A DNA stretch of 64,000 bases from Fibrobacteria bacterium (GCA_043745805.1 JAYTSD010000045.1:64001-128000), one strand, 5' to 3'; shown: positions 47,539-58,260, numbered from the stretch's first letter. Numbers and translations: made by a program. Notes: generated from the sequence alone by a model not told the origin.

Positions 47539-49470
47539 TTAAACCTTGCCCGGCCCCTTATTCTCCTTCACAGGCATTGGTGTTTTGGGGTCAATCATTT
47601 CCATCAATTTTAATCCCAATAATCCATCCATTGCATTGCCGCCATTATTTCCACCGATCAGTACATCCGGAATCAATTTAATATGACCTTTTGAAAGCTC
47701 TTCGGTAATTTTATAACGAGTAAAGTTTTCGCCACCTAAAGCTTTAACAGCAAGTTCATAAGCTTCCGCAGTGGATTTACCAATGGCTAAAATTTTACCG
47801 GCTTCGGCACTACCGGTTAAGGAAATGAGTTCAGCCTGAGCGGAGGCTTTTAATTTAATTGCCTCGGATTCCGCTTGGGCACGGGCTTTGGTGGCTTCGG
47901 CTTCGGCATAGGCCCGTAATTTTGTAGCTTCGGATTCGGCACTTACCGAAAGTTTTACGCTAGCGGCATCGCCTTCGGATTTTTTCACCGTAGCACTGGC
48001 GGTACGTTCGGCAATTTCCACACTTTGTTGGGCTTTCACTATATCTTTTTGCATATCCGCAATGGCGGTTTCTTTTTCCATACCTTGACGCGTTTCTTGC
48101 GCCTTCTTTTGAGTGTCGTAAGTTACCTTTTGTTCTTCAGCAATTTTTCGATCGGTTAGAGTTTTCATCAAGGATTCTGGGGGCACAATATCCCCAATTA
48201 AAGTGTCCACCGCATTTACATTATACTCGTCTAATACTTTTTTGATATGCTCTTTTGCGGATTCTTGTCTTTCTTTACGTGTGCTTAAAAAGGCAATGAC
48301 ATCGCTATCCTGTGCGGAATTACGAAAGTAATTACCAATAGTTGGTTCTAATACTTGCGACACTAAATTAACCATATTACCAAAACGCGCTATCACTTTT
48401 GGGGCTTCCGTAGTGGGGACATGAATGATTTGTGCCACATCAAGATTAAAAGGGAAACCATCTTTAGAGCGCACGGTAATGGTCGATAAATTCTTATCTA
48501 AATTATGCGCTTCGCTACGTGCAGAAGCCCAATTCAAAACTAAATTGGTGGTCGGAACAAGTTCCACTTTCATAATATATTTATTAATAGGATATTTACC
48601 TGGACCCAATGGCTCTAGCCATACGCCTTTATATCCCTTCTCAACAATATTCCCATGTTTAAATTCCACGCCAGTTAAATCACTACCTTCTTGACCGATA
48701 TACGAGATTACTACTCCTACAAAACCAATGGAAATTTCCATCATAGGAATTTCTTCAATTTGTACGGCCCAAGGATTTAAATTATAAGAACCAGCCAAGA
48801 TCACCTGCGGCTGTAAGCCTCGATTGCCACCCTTTTTTAAAAAGACATCAAAGTTTTGAAAATTATTATGTCCGTCCACCAGTTTACCTGCGATTTGGCC
48901 CGCTTCAATAGGCATGCCATCGAGAGTAGTAACAATGCCTACCATACTTTCTTGTATGCGTATCATATTGCTAATCGACACTTGAAAAATCAAAGTATTA
49001 ATACGATAAGAACCCGACGTGATATAAACCGTTTGGCGACCACGTTGTCCGCCATTATTCAAAAACTTTTCCGCATCCTGATAGCTATCGCATTCCGCAC
49101 GCGAAGCTAAAATGTTACCGGTGGGAATAGCTGCACCATCTCTTGCGAGGATTAATCCAATTTTACCTTCGGGTATAACCGTGAATTGTTCAAAATTCAC
49201 CGTGTATTGCCAAAACCATTTGCCAAAGTACAAACCTGGTGCTAAGGCCTTTGCTTGAAAGCCCGCTTCGCCTTTGGTGGCGATAATACGGCCATCGGGT
49301 AATTCTTTATTCTCACCGAAGAGCACAAATTTTTTAGTAACCAAACCAATTCTGTCTTCTGGCACTATGACCATGCCGAATAAAAAACGCAGTATATATT
49401 TGTAAAGAATAATGCAAAGTATGATAGGCAATATCCACCACAGTTGAAAATAAGTGCTGTCAATGTTCAT
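47539..49470 (-). CDS. SPFH/band-7 flotillin-like membrane protein with repeated N-terminal domains
   Basis: N-terminal TM, repeated G.Q...L.PG.Y.IN units, ITVRSKDGFPF, EPTIGNYFRNSAQ, AEA coiled coil. Confidence 0.9.
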   Translation of the reverse strand: MNIDSTYFQLWWILPIILCIILYKYILRFLFGMVIVPEDRIGLVTKKFVLFGENKELPDGRIIATKGEAGFQAKALAPGLYFGKWFWQYTVNFEQFTVIPEGKIGLILARDGAAIPTGNILASRAECDSYQDAEKFLNNGGQRGRQTVYITSGSYRINTLIFQVSISNMIRIQESMVGIVTTLDGMPIEAGQIAGKLVDGHNNFQNFDVFLKKGGNRGLQPQVILAGSYNLNPWAVQIEEIPMMEISIGFVGVVISYIGQEGSDLTGVEFKHGNIVEKGYKGVWLEPLGPGKYPINKYIMKVELVPTTNLVLNWASARSEAHNLDKNLSTITVRSKDGFPFNLDVAQIIHVPTTEAPKVIARFGNMVNLVSQVLEPTIGNYFRNSAQDSDVIAFLSTRKERQESAKEHIKKVLDEYNVNAVDTLIGDIVPPESLMKTLTDRKIAEEQKVTYDTQKKAQETRQGMEKETAIADMQKDIVKAQQSVEIAERTASATVKKSEGDAASVKLSVSAESEATKLRAYAEAEATKARAQAESEAIKLKASAQAELISLTGSAEAGKILAIGKSTAEAYELAVKALGGENFTRYKITEELSKGHIKLIPDVLIGGNNGGNAMDGLLGLKLMEMIDPKTPMPVKENKGPGKV

Positions 49471-49540
49471 AGTTTTTTGCTTGGGTTAGGGTGTAAAGGA
49501 TAGGTAAAAATTAGAATAAAAATTTATATAAAACCACTTA

Positions 49541-49936
49541 TTAGGTGATGAGTCCTGCATGTCCCGCGACAATCTGCCAATTGCCATTTGTTGTTTGAGT
49601 CCAAACTCGAGTAAAACGAAAATTTCCATTTGCTGGATTATTATTATAAGTTCCTGATATACTCATACGTACGGATACCACCGCGACATCACCATTTAAT
49701 TGTATTTGTAATTCTGAAGCTATTAATTCTGTTATTTTAACTAAGCCTGATTGATGCGCCGCCAGATCATCTTCTTTTTTTAAAACTTGCCCTAAATGAT
49801 TTGTAAATAGAAGCAAAGGAGAGAGAAGTTCATCCAAAATTTTTACATCCGAGGCAATCATAGCTTGTCTAAGTTTTTCTTCGACACTAAAGATTTCAGA
49901 TTCAATATTTTGATTTTGAGACATATTAATTTTCAC
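49541..49936 (-). CDS. DUF4440 / NTF2-like protein
   Basis: EEKLRQAMIASDV..LDELLS..LLFTNHLGQ, FRFTRVW, WQIVAGH. Confidence 0.85.
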   Translation of the reverse strand: MKINMSQNQNIESEIFSVEEKLRQAMIASDVKILDELLSPLLLFTNHLGQVLKKEDDLAAHQSGLVKITELIASELQIQLNGDVAVVSVRMSISGTYNNNPANGNFRFTRVWTQTTNGNWQIVAGHAGLIT

Positions 49937-49999
49937 GTTTTAATAAAATGGAAAATGATTTTAACTAGTAAAGTCCTTAGAGTCTGTATTTAATGGCGG

Positions 50000-50728
50000 C
50001 TAAGTAATTTGATTCAGTCGTGCAAAAATAGGTTGAAATACTTCTTGTCCCGCTTTGCTCAAGCCTTCGCTAAATCCAAAAGTCAATTCAGTTTTACCTT
50101 CTTTAAGTTGTGCAAATATAGCTGCTATAAACTCGCTCACTGGCGGCGCAAAATCATGCAAGCCTTTGCCGCCTAAATCAGTATTTAAAGCTGGAGGTAT
50201 GATTTCTATTACTTCAATATTTTTAGCTTTTACTAAAGCACGCAGTGACAAGGTGAAAGAATGAAAGAACGCTTTGGTAGCTGAATACACCGGCGTTTTA
50301 ATCATGGGAACAAAGGATAAACCTGAAGTCACATTCATAATTGCATTGAGTGAAGGTAATTTTAAAAAGAGAGAAGTCAGATGCAGTGGTGCTTCTACAT
50401 TGATGGCTAATTCTTCTTTAGCACGGGTAAAAAAATCAGCATCTGAAACTGACATCCATTGTTGTATGCCGGCATTATTGATCAAAACATTTAAGTCACA
50501 GTGTTCTTTCGCTATCCATTGAAATAATTCTTCTCTTCCGGCACTAGTAGATATATCACATTGTTTAATAATTAAAGAAGGAGTTTTTGCTAGCACTTCT
50601 TTTAAAGTGGAGTCACGTCTTCCGCAAATAATCACGGTATTATTTTCTTTGACAAATTTCTCGGCTAAGCCAAGGCCAATGCCGCTGGCTCCGCCGGTAA
50701 TTAGAATTTTGTTATTTGTAAGTTTCAT
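50000..50728 (-). CDS. Short-chain dehydrogenase (DltE-like)
   Basis: TGGASGIG, NNAGIQ, YSATK, EIIPP. Confidence 0.9.
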   Translation of the reverse strand: MKLTNNKILITGGASGIGLGLAEKFVKENNTVIICGRRDSTLKEVLAKTPSLIIKQCDISTSAGREELFQWIAKEHCDLNVLINNAGIQQWMSVSDADFFTRAKEELAINVEAPLHLTSLFLKLPSLNAIMNVTSGLSFVPMIKTPVYSATKAFFHSFTLSLRALVKAKNIEVIEIIPPALNTDLGGKGLHDFAPPVSEFIAAIFAQLKEGKTELTFGFSEGLSKAGQEVFQPIFARLNQIT

Positions 50729-50758
50729 TTTAGTTTCCCTAATTTGTAGAATAAATTT

Positions 50759-51412
50759 TTAACTCACAATTTTAATATTGAAAGCCCCAACCTTGGTTGC
50801 CCCCCAAATTCGCAACCACAAGGGTAAATACATTTCCGTTCCTCGTGCGGTGCTGATATCACCTAAGTCCATTATGTTTTTTTCGGCCCAACCAAAGGAT
50901 TGTAAAATAATTTTGACTTGCGCTTTAGCATCCGCATCATTGCCGCTAATGAAAGTTTCATGATCGCCACCATTAATTATAACCGGATTAACCATCAGCC
51001 CGCACCACATGGTATTTAAAGCTTTCACCACTTTTAATTGTGGAAAAGTTTTTTGAATTTCTTCCCCTAAGGAAGTAGTGTTGACCATAGATAGGGTAGG
51101 AGGCATGCCTTTGCTGAAATCTAAAGGATTAGCAATATCTATTAATATCTTTCCATGCAAATTATTTTCGCCGGCTAACTTTAATACTTCGAGCGAGGCG
51201 GCGCCTGCAGTGCAATTAAAAATCATTTCCCCAAAGGTGGCGGCATCAGCAAAAGTGCCAGCGCTGGCTTTGCCATTATGTTTCGTCACAAAAGTTTGCA
51301 CCTTTTCATTGCTCGTCGTGCGCGAACCCATCATGACCGTGTGACCTAATTCTACGAGCTTTGATCCTACGGTATCACCGACTGTACCTGTTCCTAAAAC
51401 GGCTATTTTCAT
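50759..51412 (-). CDS. NADPH-dependent F420 reductase-like oxidoreductase
   Basis: GTGTVG, GSR, DIANPLDFS, SLGEEIQ, VVKALNT, DLGDISTARGTE. Confidence 0.88.
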   Translation of the reverse strand: MKIAVLGTGTVGDTVGSKLVELGHTVMMGSRTTSNEKVQTFVTKHNGKASAGTFADAATFGEMIFNCTAGAASLEVLKLAGENNLHGKILIDIANPLDFSKGMPPTLSMVNTTSLGEEIQKTFPQLKVVKALNTMWCGLMVNPVIINGGDHETFISGNDADAKAQVKIILQSFGWAEKNIMDLGDISTARGTEMYLPLWLRIWGATKVGAFNIKIVS

Positions 51413-51694
51413 AAAGACCCCTTTTACACTGATTAAATTTCAGCATAAAATATAGATAGGATGGGCCTTTAAGGCTCTCTTGCGAATTGCGAGACTACAT
51501 TTTTTTTCTATCGCAAATAAAATTCAAAATTTTACTTTTTAGTCGTGCCAGATAATAAATTTGTATTATTGAACACCAATTGTTTACAAAAAGATTTAAT
51601 GTATTACCGACAAACCAAGCAAAAATGAACCTATTTTATCCAACGAAACGTATACAGCATCCAAACACACTTCAACAGCTTAGTCTCGGCCATA

Positions 51695-52136
51695 TTATAC
51701 TATTGATTGTGCAATAGATTCCTTTTTCCAATCCATACCATTCCAATTATTAGCGGTTCCAATTTCCGCACCATTCATTTTAGCGTATAAGAATCGTTGC
51801 ATGCGATAAGCCGATTAATATTTTAGCGTATCATTAATCAAGGCCTGTCCCAAATTCCCTTTGCGTCCTAAGATCAAACCTGTTTCACGATCTAAATCGT
51901 CTTCACTTAAAGCATTGATGAGTTTGGATATTTTTTGTTTTTGTGCTTGGATTTTTTCTATAAAATTTTCGGGATTTACCGTGAGAGATTCTTTCGCATC
52001 GGCTCGATATTTTTCTGAATTTTCTTTAATGGCCCAGCCGCCGTTGATTAGTAATTCAGTAATAGATGCGCCGATATAGGATAAAATTCATTCGTGGAGT
52101 ATGGAGTCTAGGATGGTTTTTTTTTGTGTTTTGCAT
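51695..52136 (-). pseudogene. DinB-like family pseudogene
   Basis: Manual translation: GAGG SD, MQNTKK/(frameshift in A9 run)/TILDSILHE*ILSYIGAS...DTLKY*SAYRMQRFLYAKMNGAEIGTANNWNGMD; internal TAA at 51815-51817. Confidence 0.65.
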
Positions 52137-52380
52137 GGGGCCTCGAGTTTGTTTTCTGTTGAAATTTAGTAATGGATTTGATATTAATGGAAGTATGTAC
52201 ATGTCCAATTATTCGCATCAAATTTTATATTTTTACCGCGATATGGATGCTACTTTAGATATCTTCAATTAAATTGAATCATTTTTTTCATCATATTTAT
52301 AAATAGGAAAACCATGAAAGTGCAGTTACCTTTTTCATGGTTTTTATAACCCGCGGAAAAAGGTCTGGATGGATACCTTA

Positions 52381-52936
52381 ATGCAAAAAATCACCTTTGG
52401 AATCATGCATAATCGTCAGTTTCAATTCATAGACAAAGCCGGTAAAATGGTAGATGATGTGCTTTCATTGAACAAAACTGTACATTTTCAGGGAAATGAA
52501 CTCTTCGCTGAAGTTGGATGGGCTAATGACAGATTGTAATAAGACAGTTACTAGAATTGGAATTGTTAATGAATTTTTATTTAATACAATAGGAGATGCT
52601 TCCGAGTTTATTGGCGACAATTTTTTAAATATCAAATCGATTGGTGATCCTACAGAAGTTGTACGCAGATTCACTGTGAAAAACCCACTCCCAATTTGAA
52701 AAGATGAAGTAAAATACTTTGATTATACTGCTGCTATTTTCCAGATTTCAAATATACCGTATAAAGAAGATGAGGAGAAGCCAGCATTTAAGTTGAGTAT
52801 TGATTTTCAAATTTACTTTTCGCCAGAAAGAGAATACGAAATTCAACTTTTAGAAGATCATTTTAAACGCCTGAATAATTATGTTGAAAATTTAAAAACA
52901 GGGGGGGTATCCAAAACATTCCTGACGGGAAAAATA
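52381..52936 (+). pseudogene. Fragmented hypothetical gene (TIGR04255-like motifs)
   Basis: MQKITFGI...FQFIDKAGKMVD* (52381-52539), frame change to TRIGIVNEF..., in-frame TGA at 52697-52699, then ...LSIDFQIYF. Confidence 0.5.
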
Positions 52937-53449
52937 ATGGCTAATCCAAGAAAGAAAAAGTCTGGAGAAATACTTATTCCAAGGAATTGTGTCGCCGATG
53001 AAAGGCTGGCTTTTAAAAAAGCTGTCAAAAAGACTAGAACCTCCAGTACAGCAACTGATTCTCGGGACGACATGTTGTTTGATGATTCATCAACTACTGC
53101 ATCTACTTCTAAGAAGCCAAATAAAATGGCATTAGGTGCTTCACCTGCAGCACCTGAGCGTCTGGAACAAGTTAATCCTCTTGAAGATTCCATTAAAAAT
53201 GATAGAGCCTTTCCTTTTGCTTTTAAAGTTATGATGGCTATACTCGGGCTAATTGTACCTGTAATGGCTACCGTTTATTTTTTTAACGAATTCAGTTCAA
53301 AAACTACCGCGAATACAACAAACATATCGAATCTTGAAAAAAATGTTGAATCGTTAAAGAACGACTTAAATTCAAGCATAAATAAGATCGAAAATAGGCT
53401 CGACCCCAAAATTAATCGACTTGACTCAAGGTTGGATCAAAAAAAATAA
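52937..53449 (+). CDS. Hypothetical single-TM protein with C-terminal coiled coil
   Basis: Likely start MANPRKKK inside ORF 52793..53449; one TM helix then heptads LEKNVESLKNDLNSSINKIENRLD. Confidence 0.5.
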   Translation: MANPRKKKSGEILIPRNCVADERLAFKKAVKKTRTSSTATDSRDDMLFDDSSTTASTSKKPNKMALGASPAAPERLEQVNPLEDSIKNDRAFPFAFKVMMAILGLIVPVMATVYFFNEFSSKTTANTTNISNLEKNVESLKNDLNSSINKIENRLDPKINRLDSRLDQKK

Positions 53450-53476
53450 ATTCTATAGCATTGTGACTACATTTTA

Positions 53477-53554
53477 AAGTTCAGCCCTACATTTGAAACT
53501 ATGGAAAAAGCCGCAACTGTTTTGGGGAAAAAACTGAAAATCAGTTTAGTTTAA
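53477..53554 (+). pseudogene. C-terminal remnant of an XRE-HTH / HicB-type antitoxin
   Basis: KFSPTFETMEKAATVLGKKLKISLV* matches the PT..T.EK.A..LGK.L.I.L ending; the 5' part is absent. Confidence 0.55.
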
Positions 53555-53601
53555 AAATCAATCATTTCGGAAATTCGTACTAACGGTGCAGCCAAACAAA
53601 A

Positions 53602-53677
53602 TGGCTGCCTGAGCAGGACTCGAACCTGCGACCGAGCGATTAACAGTCGCTTGCTCTACCAACTGAGCTATCAGGCA
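53602..53677 (-). tRNA. tRNA-Asn (GTT)
   Basis: Reverse complement TGCCTGATAGCTCAGTTGGTAGAGCAAGCGACTGTTAATCGCTCGGTCGCAGGTTCGAGTCCTGCTCAGGCAGCCA. Confidence 0.95.
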
Positions 53678-53721
53678 ATAAAAACTATACCACTGAACCC
53701 AAAAGGGTCAGTCGGGGCGTA

Positions 53722-53750
53722 AATGTAAGCTGCTTGCTTTATTTCTTCAA
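53722..53750 (-). promoter_or_regulatory. Sigma70-type promoter of tRNA-Asn
   Basis: TTGAAG-N17-TACATT on the minus strand. Confidence 0.55.
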
Positions 53751-53783
53751 GGGAGTAAATGCATTTTTGTTGATTTTTTAGAT

Positions 53784-54272
53784 TTATTCTAAGGCCTTCA
53801 ATAGCCGCATTAACATGGGATGATGCTCGCCCTCATGAAATACCAATAAATAAAGGTCATCGGCCACGGTGGCGAAATGTCCATTGAGATAATCAAAGGG
53901 TATAGTCATGGGGAGTTCAAGAATAGATCCATAATGTTCAACCAAGGCAAAGCTATACGATTTATATACCTCTAGCAATTGAGCAAAAGACGGGGTTTGT
54001 TGATCATAATCGAGGGGGGATTTCCCGTCGGCAAAATATTTTTTAAAACCTAAATCAATGGGTAAGGGTTTTCCCCGTCGCACATACCAATGGGCTAACT
54101 GAACATGTAAAATATGACCTACATGCCAATGAATATTATTTTTGGATCCGGAGGGAATAAAAAAGGCTTGTTCTTCGGAAAGATTTTCCACTTTAGTTAA
54201 GGTGGCGCTGCGAATATTTTGCAGTACAGAAATGATTTTTTCGGTAGCGAGAGAAACAGTATTATCAAGCAT
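53784..54272 (-). CDS. DinB/YfiT superfamily protein
   Basis: PSGSKNNIHWHVGHI...FHEGEH metal-binding His triad. Confidence 0.85.
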   Translation of the reverse strand: MLDNTVSLATEKIISVLQNIRSATLTKVENLSEEQAFFIPSGSKNNIHWHVGHILHVQLAHWYVRRGKPLPIDLGFKKYFADGKSPLDYDQQTPSFAQLLEVYKSYSFALVEHYGSILELPMTIPFDYLNGHFATVADDLYLLVFHEGEHHPMLMRLLKALE

Positions 54273-54531
54273 AATTTTCCTTGGTTTATTTGAATGTAAC
54301 TATTCTCAAGCCCCAGTTTACTGTAAAGAATTATTTCACTTTGTCCAAGAAGTGGACGATTTGTTTTTTTTAAACGCGGTAATTTGATATTTCAAAATAA
54401 AAACCAAGTAAAAACCCGTCTAAACCGATGTATGGCTTATTACATTGCAATTACGCATAAAAAAATATTCGGCATTCGAATTGCTTAAACTCACGTTAAG
54501 GTCTCATGGCCACAACAACAAGGAGTACACC

Positions 54532-54948
54532 ATGAAAAAATCATTAATTACCAAAACCTTTCTCGTTGCCGCTTTAGCATTTAGCATTGGCGCCGCAAAT
54601 GATTCTACTAAAACCACTTCAGCCGCTCCTGCTATGAAATCAGCTCCAGCAGCGGTGAAAAGCAAAATTAAAACCCATAGCTTTTCTGGAACAGTAACAG
54701 CTGTTGATTCCGTAGCTAGCTCGATTTCGGGAACCAATAAAAATGGTGCTCAAACTTTTGCGGTTGCGGCCGATGCTAAAATTCAAGAAGGCAAAACTGT
54801 GCTTACCTTGGGTTCCATTGCTGTGAATAGCAAAATCGTAGTGACCTTTACCGAAGACGCTGGAATAAAAAACGCTTCCATGATTAAGGTTCAAGCCGAA
54901 AGCAAAAAGCCTGCAAAGGCAGTTAAAGACACCAAAGCCGTTAAATAG
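54532..54948 (+). CDS. Small secreted OB-fold-like (DUF5666-like) protein
   Basis: AAGGAG SD before MKKSL at 54532; signal peptide; FSGTVTAVD...FAVAADAKI; AK-rich tail. Confidence 0.6.
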   Translation: MKKSLITKTFLVAALAFSIGAANDSTKTTSAAPAMKSAPAAVKSKIKTHSFSGTVTAVDSVASSISGTNKNGAQTFAVAADAKIQEGKTVLTLGSIAVNSKIVVTFTEDAGIKNASMIKVQAESKKPAKAVKDTKAVK

Positions 54949-55206
54949 TATTTCGATTTAATTTCATTGATTAAAAGCATGGAGATAATTTCTCTATGCT
55001 TTTTTGTTTCCCCCAAACAAGTCATAAAATAACTTTCATTGTTTCTTATGATAAAAAATGAGGGTGGGGCTTTTTTGGCCTTAGGTAAATCGATGCTCAA
55101 AAACTGCGTTTTTAACTTTGGAGGTATTGTTAACCTAGAATTTTAAATAATCAGTTCTAGCCTGTGGGGACAGTGCTTTTTCTTCAAATATTTCGAGAGG
55201 GAAATA

Positions 55207-56685
55207 ATGAAAAAAAATAGATCCTATTGGCTAAATAAATGGTTTTTCGCATTATCAATAGTTTTCACAAGCCAAGGTTTAAATTTTGCCGATTTACCAC
55301 CGGATTTTAAAGTGGAAACCATTGCCACTGGCATTAAACAACCCACATGCTTGGTGCATTTACCCGATGGTCGAATTTTCGTCAATGAACGCGGCGGTAA
55401 CATATTCGCAGTCGATCCGCTAACGAAAAAGCCCCCGTCCTTAGTTTATGGTTTTCCAGTTTCAGGGGGTGCGGAACAAGGTTTATTGAAAATGGTAATT
55501 GATCCACATTTTGCGGAAAATGGTTGGCTTTACGTTTACTATGCCACTCCCGATAATGACCATCATAACATTGATCGCTTAACCATAGGCAAAGATAATT
55601 CTGTTTCAGGTGTGATTAATATCACAAAACTACCGCAAATCACGGGCGGTCGTTTGCATAATGGATCGGCTATGGCTTTTGGTAAGGACGGAAATTTATA
55701 TGTAGGTCGCGGCGAAGATCAAACCAACACTTGGGCTCCACTTTGGACTAGTCAACGTGGAAAGATTTTACGATTTACACCCGATGGCAAGCCCGCTCCA
55801 GGGAATCCGCATTATAATGTGGTGGGTGCAAGTGATGAAGAGAAAAGTATTTGGGCGCGTGGCTTTCGCAATCCTTGGACTTTAACTTATGATCCGGCCA
55901 GTGGGCGTTTATTTGAAGGCGATGTCGGTAATTTGCATGAAGAAATTAATGATTTAACCGCTCCCGATTCCAGCAAAGATTTTTGGTATGGCTACGGTCC
56001 TAATTATCCACCAGGCGATGGATCCGACCCAACTAAATTAGGGAATACTATTGATCCACTATACTATTACAATACGGGTTCAATTGGTTGCGCCGTTTTG
56101 GGCGAATTGCCCTTAACCTCGGCGGCTACGAAATGGCCTGAAGAGTATAAAAATCGCATTTATTTTGCCGATTTTTGCAGTGGTTGGATTCGGTCTCTGC
56201 CCATGAAGCCCGCAGGTAAAGGGGTGGATGTCAACGATACCGTGACTAGTAAAATGAAAATTTTTGGTGACAAAGCTTTTTTTAACCCACTGGGATTATC
56301 GCAAGGGGTGGATGGAAATATGTACCTTGTAGGTTACGGTAGTGGGCAAGTTCTTAAAATATCGTATACCGGTGTGGTGGGCATTGAAAAACCTTTTGCC
56401 TCCTTAAAAGCCAATGGCCAAAGTACTTTTCTTAAAATCGCTATTGCTGCTGATTTAACATTTAATGTGACTGGGTTAACTAACAATGACAATTTGCTAG
56501 CGAGTTTTGTGATTCATGATATGCAAGGGAAAGAAATATTTCAACAAAGCGCGACTTTGCAACATGGAGAATTAGCTCTGAAAAATGTGCAAATCAATCA
56601 TGGCGGTTTGGTTTTCTATCAAATCAGCTGGAATGAAGCGGGACAAATTCACCATACCCAAGGCCATTTAATGGTTTTGCCGTAA
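55207..56685 (+). CDS. PQQ-dependent glucose/sorbosone dehydrogenase family protein with T9SS-like CTD
   Basis: LPDGRIFVNER, EQGLL..IDPHF, HNGS.M.FGKDG.LY, GKILR, WARGFRNPW, EEIN. Confidence 0.88.
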   Translation: MKKNRSYWLNKWFFALSIVFTSQGLNFADLPPDFKVETIATGIKQPTCLVHLPDGRIFVNERGGNIFAVDPLTKKPPSLVYGFPVSGGAEQGLLKMVIDPHFAENGWLYVYYATPDNDHHNIDRLTIGKDNSVSGVINITKLPQITGGRLHNGSAMAFGKDGNLYVGRGEDQTNTWAPLWTSQRGKILRFTPDGKPAPGNPHYNVVGASDEEKSIWARGFRNPWTLTYDPASGRLFEGDVGNLHEEINDLTAPDSSKDFWYGYGPNYPPGDGSDPTKLGNTIDPLYYYNTGSIGCAVLGELPLTSAATKWPEEYKNRIYFADFCSGWIRSLPMKPAGKGVDVNDTVTSKMKIFGDKAFFNPLGLSQGVDGNMYLVGYGSGQVLKISYTGVVGIEKPFASLKANGQSTFLKIAIAADLTFNVTGLTNNDNLLASFVIHDMQGKEIFQQSATLQHGELALKNVQINHGGLVFYQISWNEAGQIHHTQGHLMVLP

Positions 56686-56828
56686 ATTATTACTCAGAAT
56701 CCTCTCCTGTCAAAAAAAGGTAAAGTTTTTTTCGACCTTTCCATGTGGGAATCTTGTCATCTTGGCTATATTAGCTCAGTCTTTTTTAGGACTTAACTCA
56801 AACCTGGAGGAAAGCCGTTAGGCTAAAT

Positions 56829-58193
56829 ATGGAAAAGAAAATCCGTACTCAATTATCAGTTATGATGTTTTTACAATTTTTTATATGGGGTGCTTGGTTC
56901 GTTACTCTGGGACAATGTCTTGGCACAAATGGTTTGGCTGGAATTATCGGTGGTGCCTATGGAACCGCTCCTATCGCAGCAATCTTTGCTCCGCTTTTCT
57001 TAGGAATCGTTGCGGACCGCCTTTTCGCCTCCGAGAAAATAATGGGCGTTTTGCTATTGATTGGCGGTGCCTTAATGTGCATCGCTCCAAGTTTTGCAGC
57101 AGCTGGAAATGGTAATGCATTGGTTTGGATTTTTACTGGCCATATGCTTTGTTTCATGCCTACGCTTGCTCTTGGTAATAACATTGTTTTTGCCAATGTA
57201 GCCGATCAAAATTCTTTCCCAAAAATAAGAGTATGGGGTACCATTGGTTGGATTGTAGCCGGCCTTGTGATTGGCTTTTTAGGATGGGGTTCGAGTTTTA
57301 ACATTTTCTGGATGGCGGGAATTTGCTCTATAGTTCTTGGCGCATATTGCTTTATGCTTCCTAATACACCAGCACCTGCCAAAGGCAAGCCAGTAAATCT
57401 TCGCGCACTTTTCATGGTAGATGCCTTTTCCTTAATGAAAAAGCCAGCTTTCTTGGTTTTCATTGTTTGCTCTACGCTTATCTGTATTCCTCTTGCTTAC
57501 TATTATGCACTTACCTCTAATTATCTCAGTAATGCTGGCTTTCTTGCTCCTGCTTCCAGTATGTCCATTGGACAAATGTCGGAAATTGGTTTCATGCTTT
57601 TGGTACCTTTCTTCATGAGAAGAATGGGCGTTAAATACATGATTCTTTTTGGTATGCTCGCTTGGGTTGCCCGCTATGCATTGTTTGCTATGGGTGCACC
57701 TCATCAAATTGCTTGGATGTTATTCGCTGGTATCGCGATGCATGGTATCTGCTATGACTTTTTCTTTGTAACAGGGTTTATGTACACCGATCGTATTTCC
57801 TCGAAGGATATTAAAGGCCAGTCCCAAAGTATGTTGGTTTTCTTCACTCAAGGAATCGGAATGTATTTTGGCTATATGGTCGCATTTGGTAAATTTGGAT
57901 CCATTGCAGATAAATACACTGCTTTAGATACTGCTATCAAAGCGGTACGTCCTGCTGAAACACTTTCATTTGTTCAGTCCTTTGCAAATATGTTTTCAGT
58001 AGAAAAACTCACAGTGGATGCAGAACTTGTGACTACCACTATGAATAGCTGGAAGGGCTTTTGGATTACTCCTGCCATAATGGCTGCAGTGATTGCAGTT
58101 ATATTCTTCCTTGGCTTTTGGGATAAAGAAAAAGTAGAAGTAGTGGAAAAAGCTAAGGCCGCAAAACCTGAAGCAGTAAGTTCCCGCGCTTAA
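56829..58193 (+). CDS. MFS nucleoside:H+ symporter (NupG/XapB family)
   Basis: LSVMMFLQFFIWGAWFVT, FPKIRVWGTIGWI, GQMSEI, HGICYDFFFV. Confidence 0.9.
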   Translation: MEKKIRTQLSVMMFLQFFIWGAWFVTLGQCLGTNGLAGIIGGAYGTAPIAAIFAPLFLGIVADRLFASEKIMGVLLLIGGALMCIAPSFAAAGNGNALVWIFTGHMLCFMPTLALGNNIVFANVADQNSFPKIRVWGTIGWIVAGLVIGFLGWGSSFNIFWMAGICSIVLGAYCFMLPNTPAPAKGKPVNLRALFMVDAFSLMKKPAFLVFIVCSTLICIPLAYYYALTSNYLSNAGFLAPASSMSIGQMSEIGFMLLVPFFMRRMGVKYMILFGMLAWVARYALFAMGAPHQIAWMLFAGIAMHGICYDFFFVTGFMYTDRISSKDIKGQSQSMLVFFTQGIGMYFGYMVAFGKFGSIADKYTALDTAIKAVRPAETLSFVQSFANMFSVEKLTVDAELVTTTMNSWKGFWITPAIMAAVIAVIFFLGFWDKEKVEVVEKAKAAKPEAVSSRA

Positions 58194-58211
58194 TTCATTT
58201 TAAGCATGAAT

Positions 58212-58245
58212 AAAAAAAGGCCGCTGAAATCAGCGGCCTTTTTTT
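58212..58245. terminator. Bidirectional intrinsic terminator
   Basis: AAAAAAAGGCCGCTGA-aa-TCAGCGGCCTTTTTTT between convergent genes. Confidence 0.88.
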
Positions 58246-58260
58246 AGGATGATGATTTTT

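Noticed and set aside
52697..52699. TGA as selenocysteine or recoded codon
   Set aside because: No SECIS-like hairpin or redox motif; the neighbouring genes are also broken, and TGA is a normal stop elsewhere in the window.
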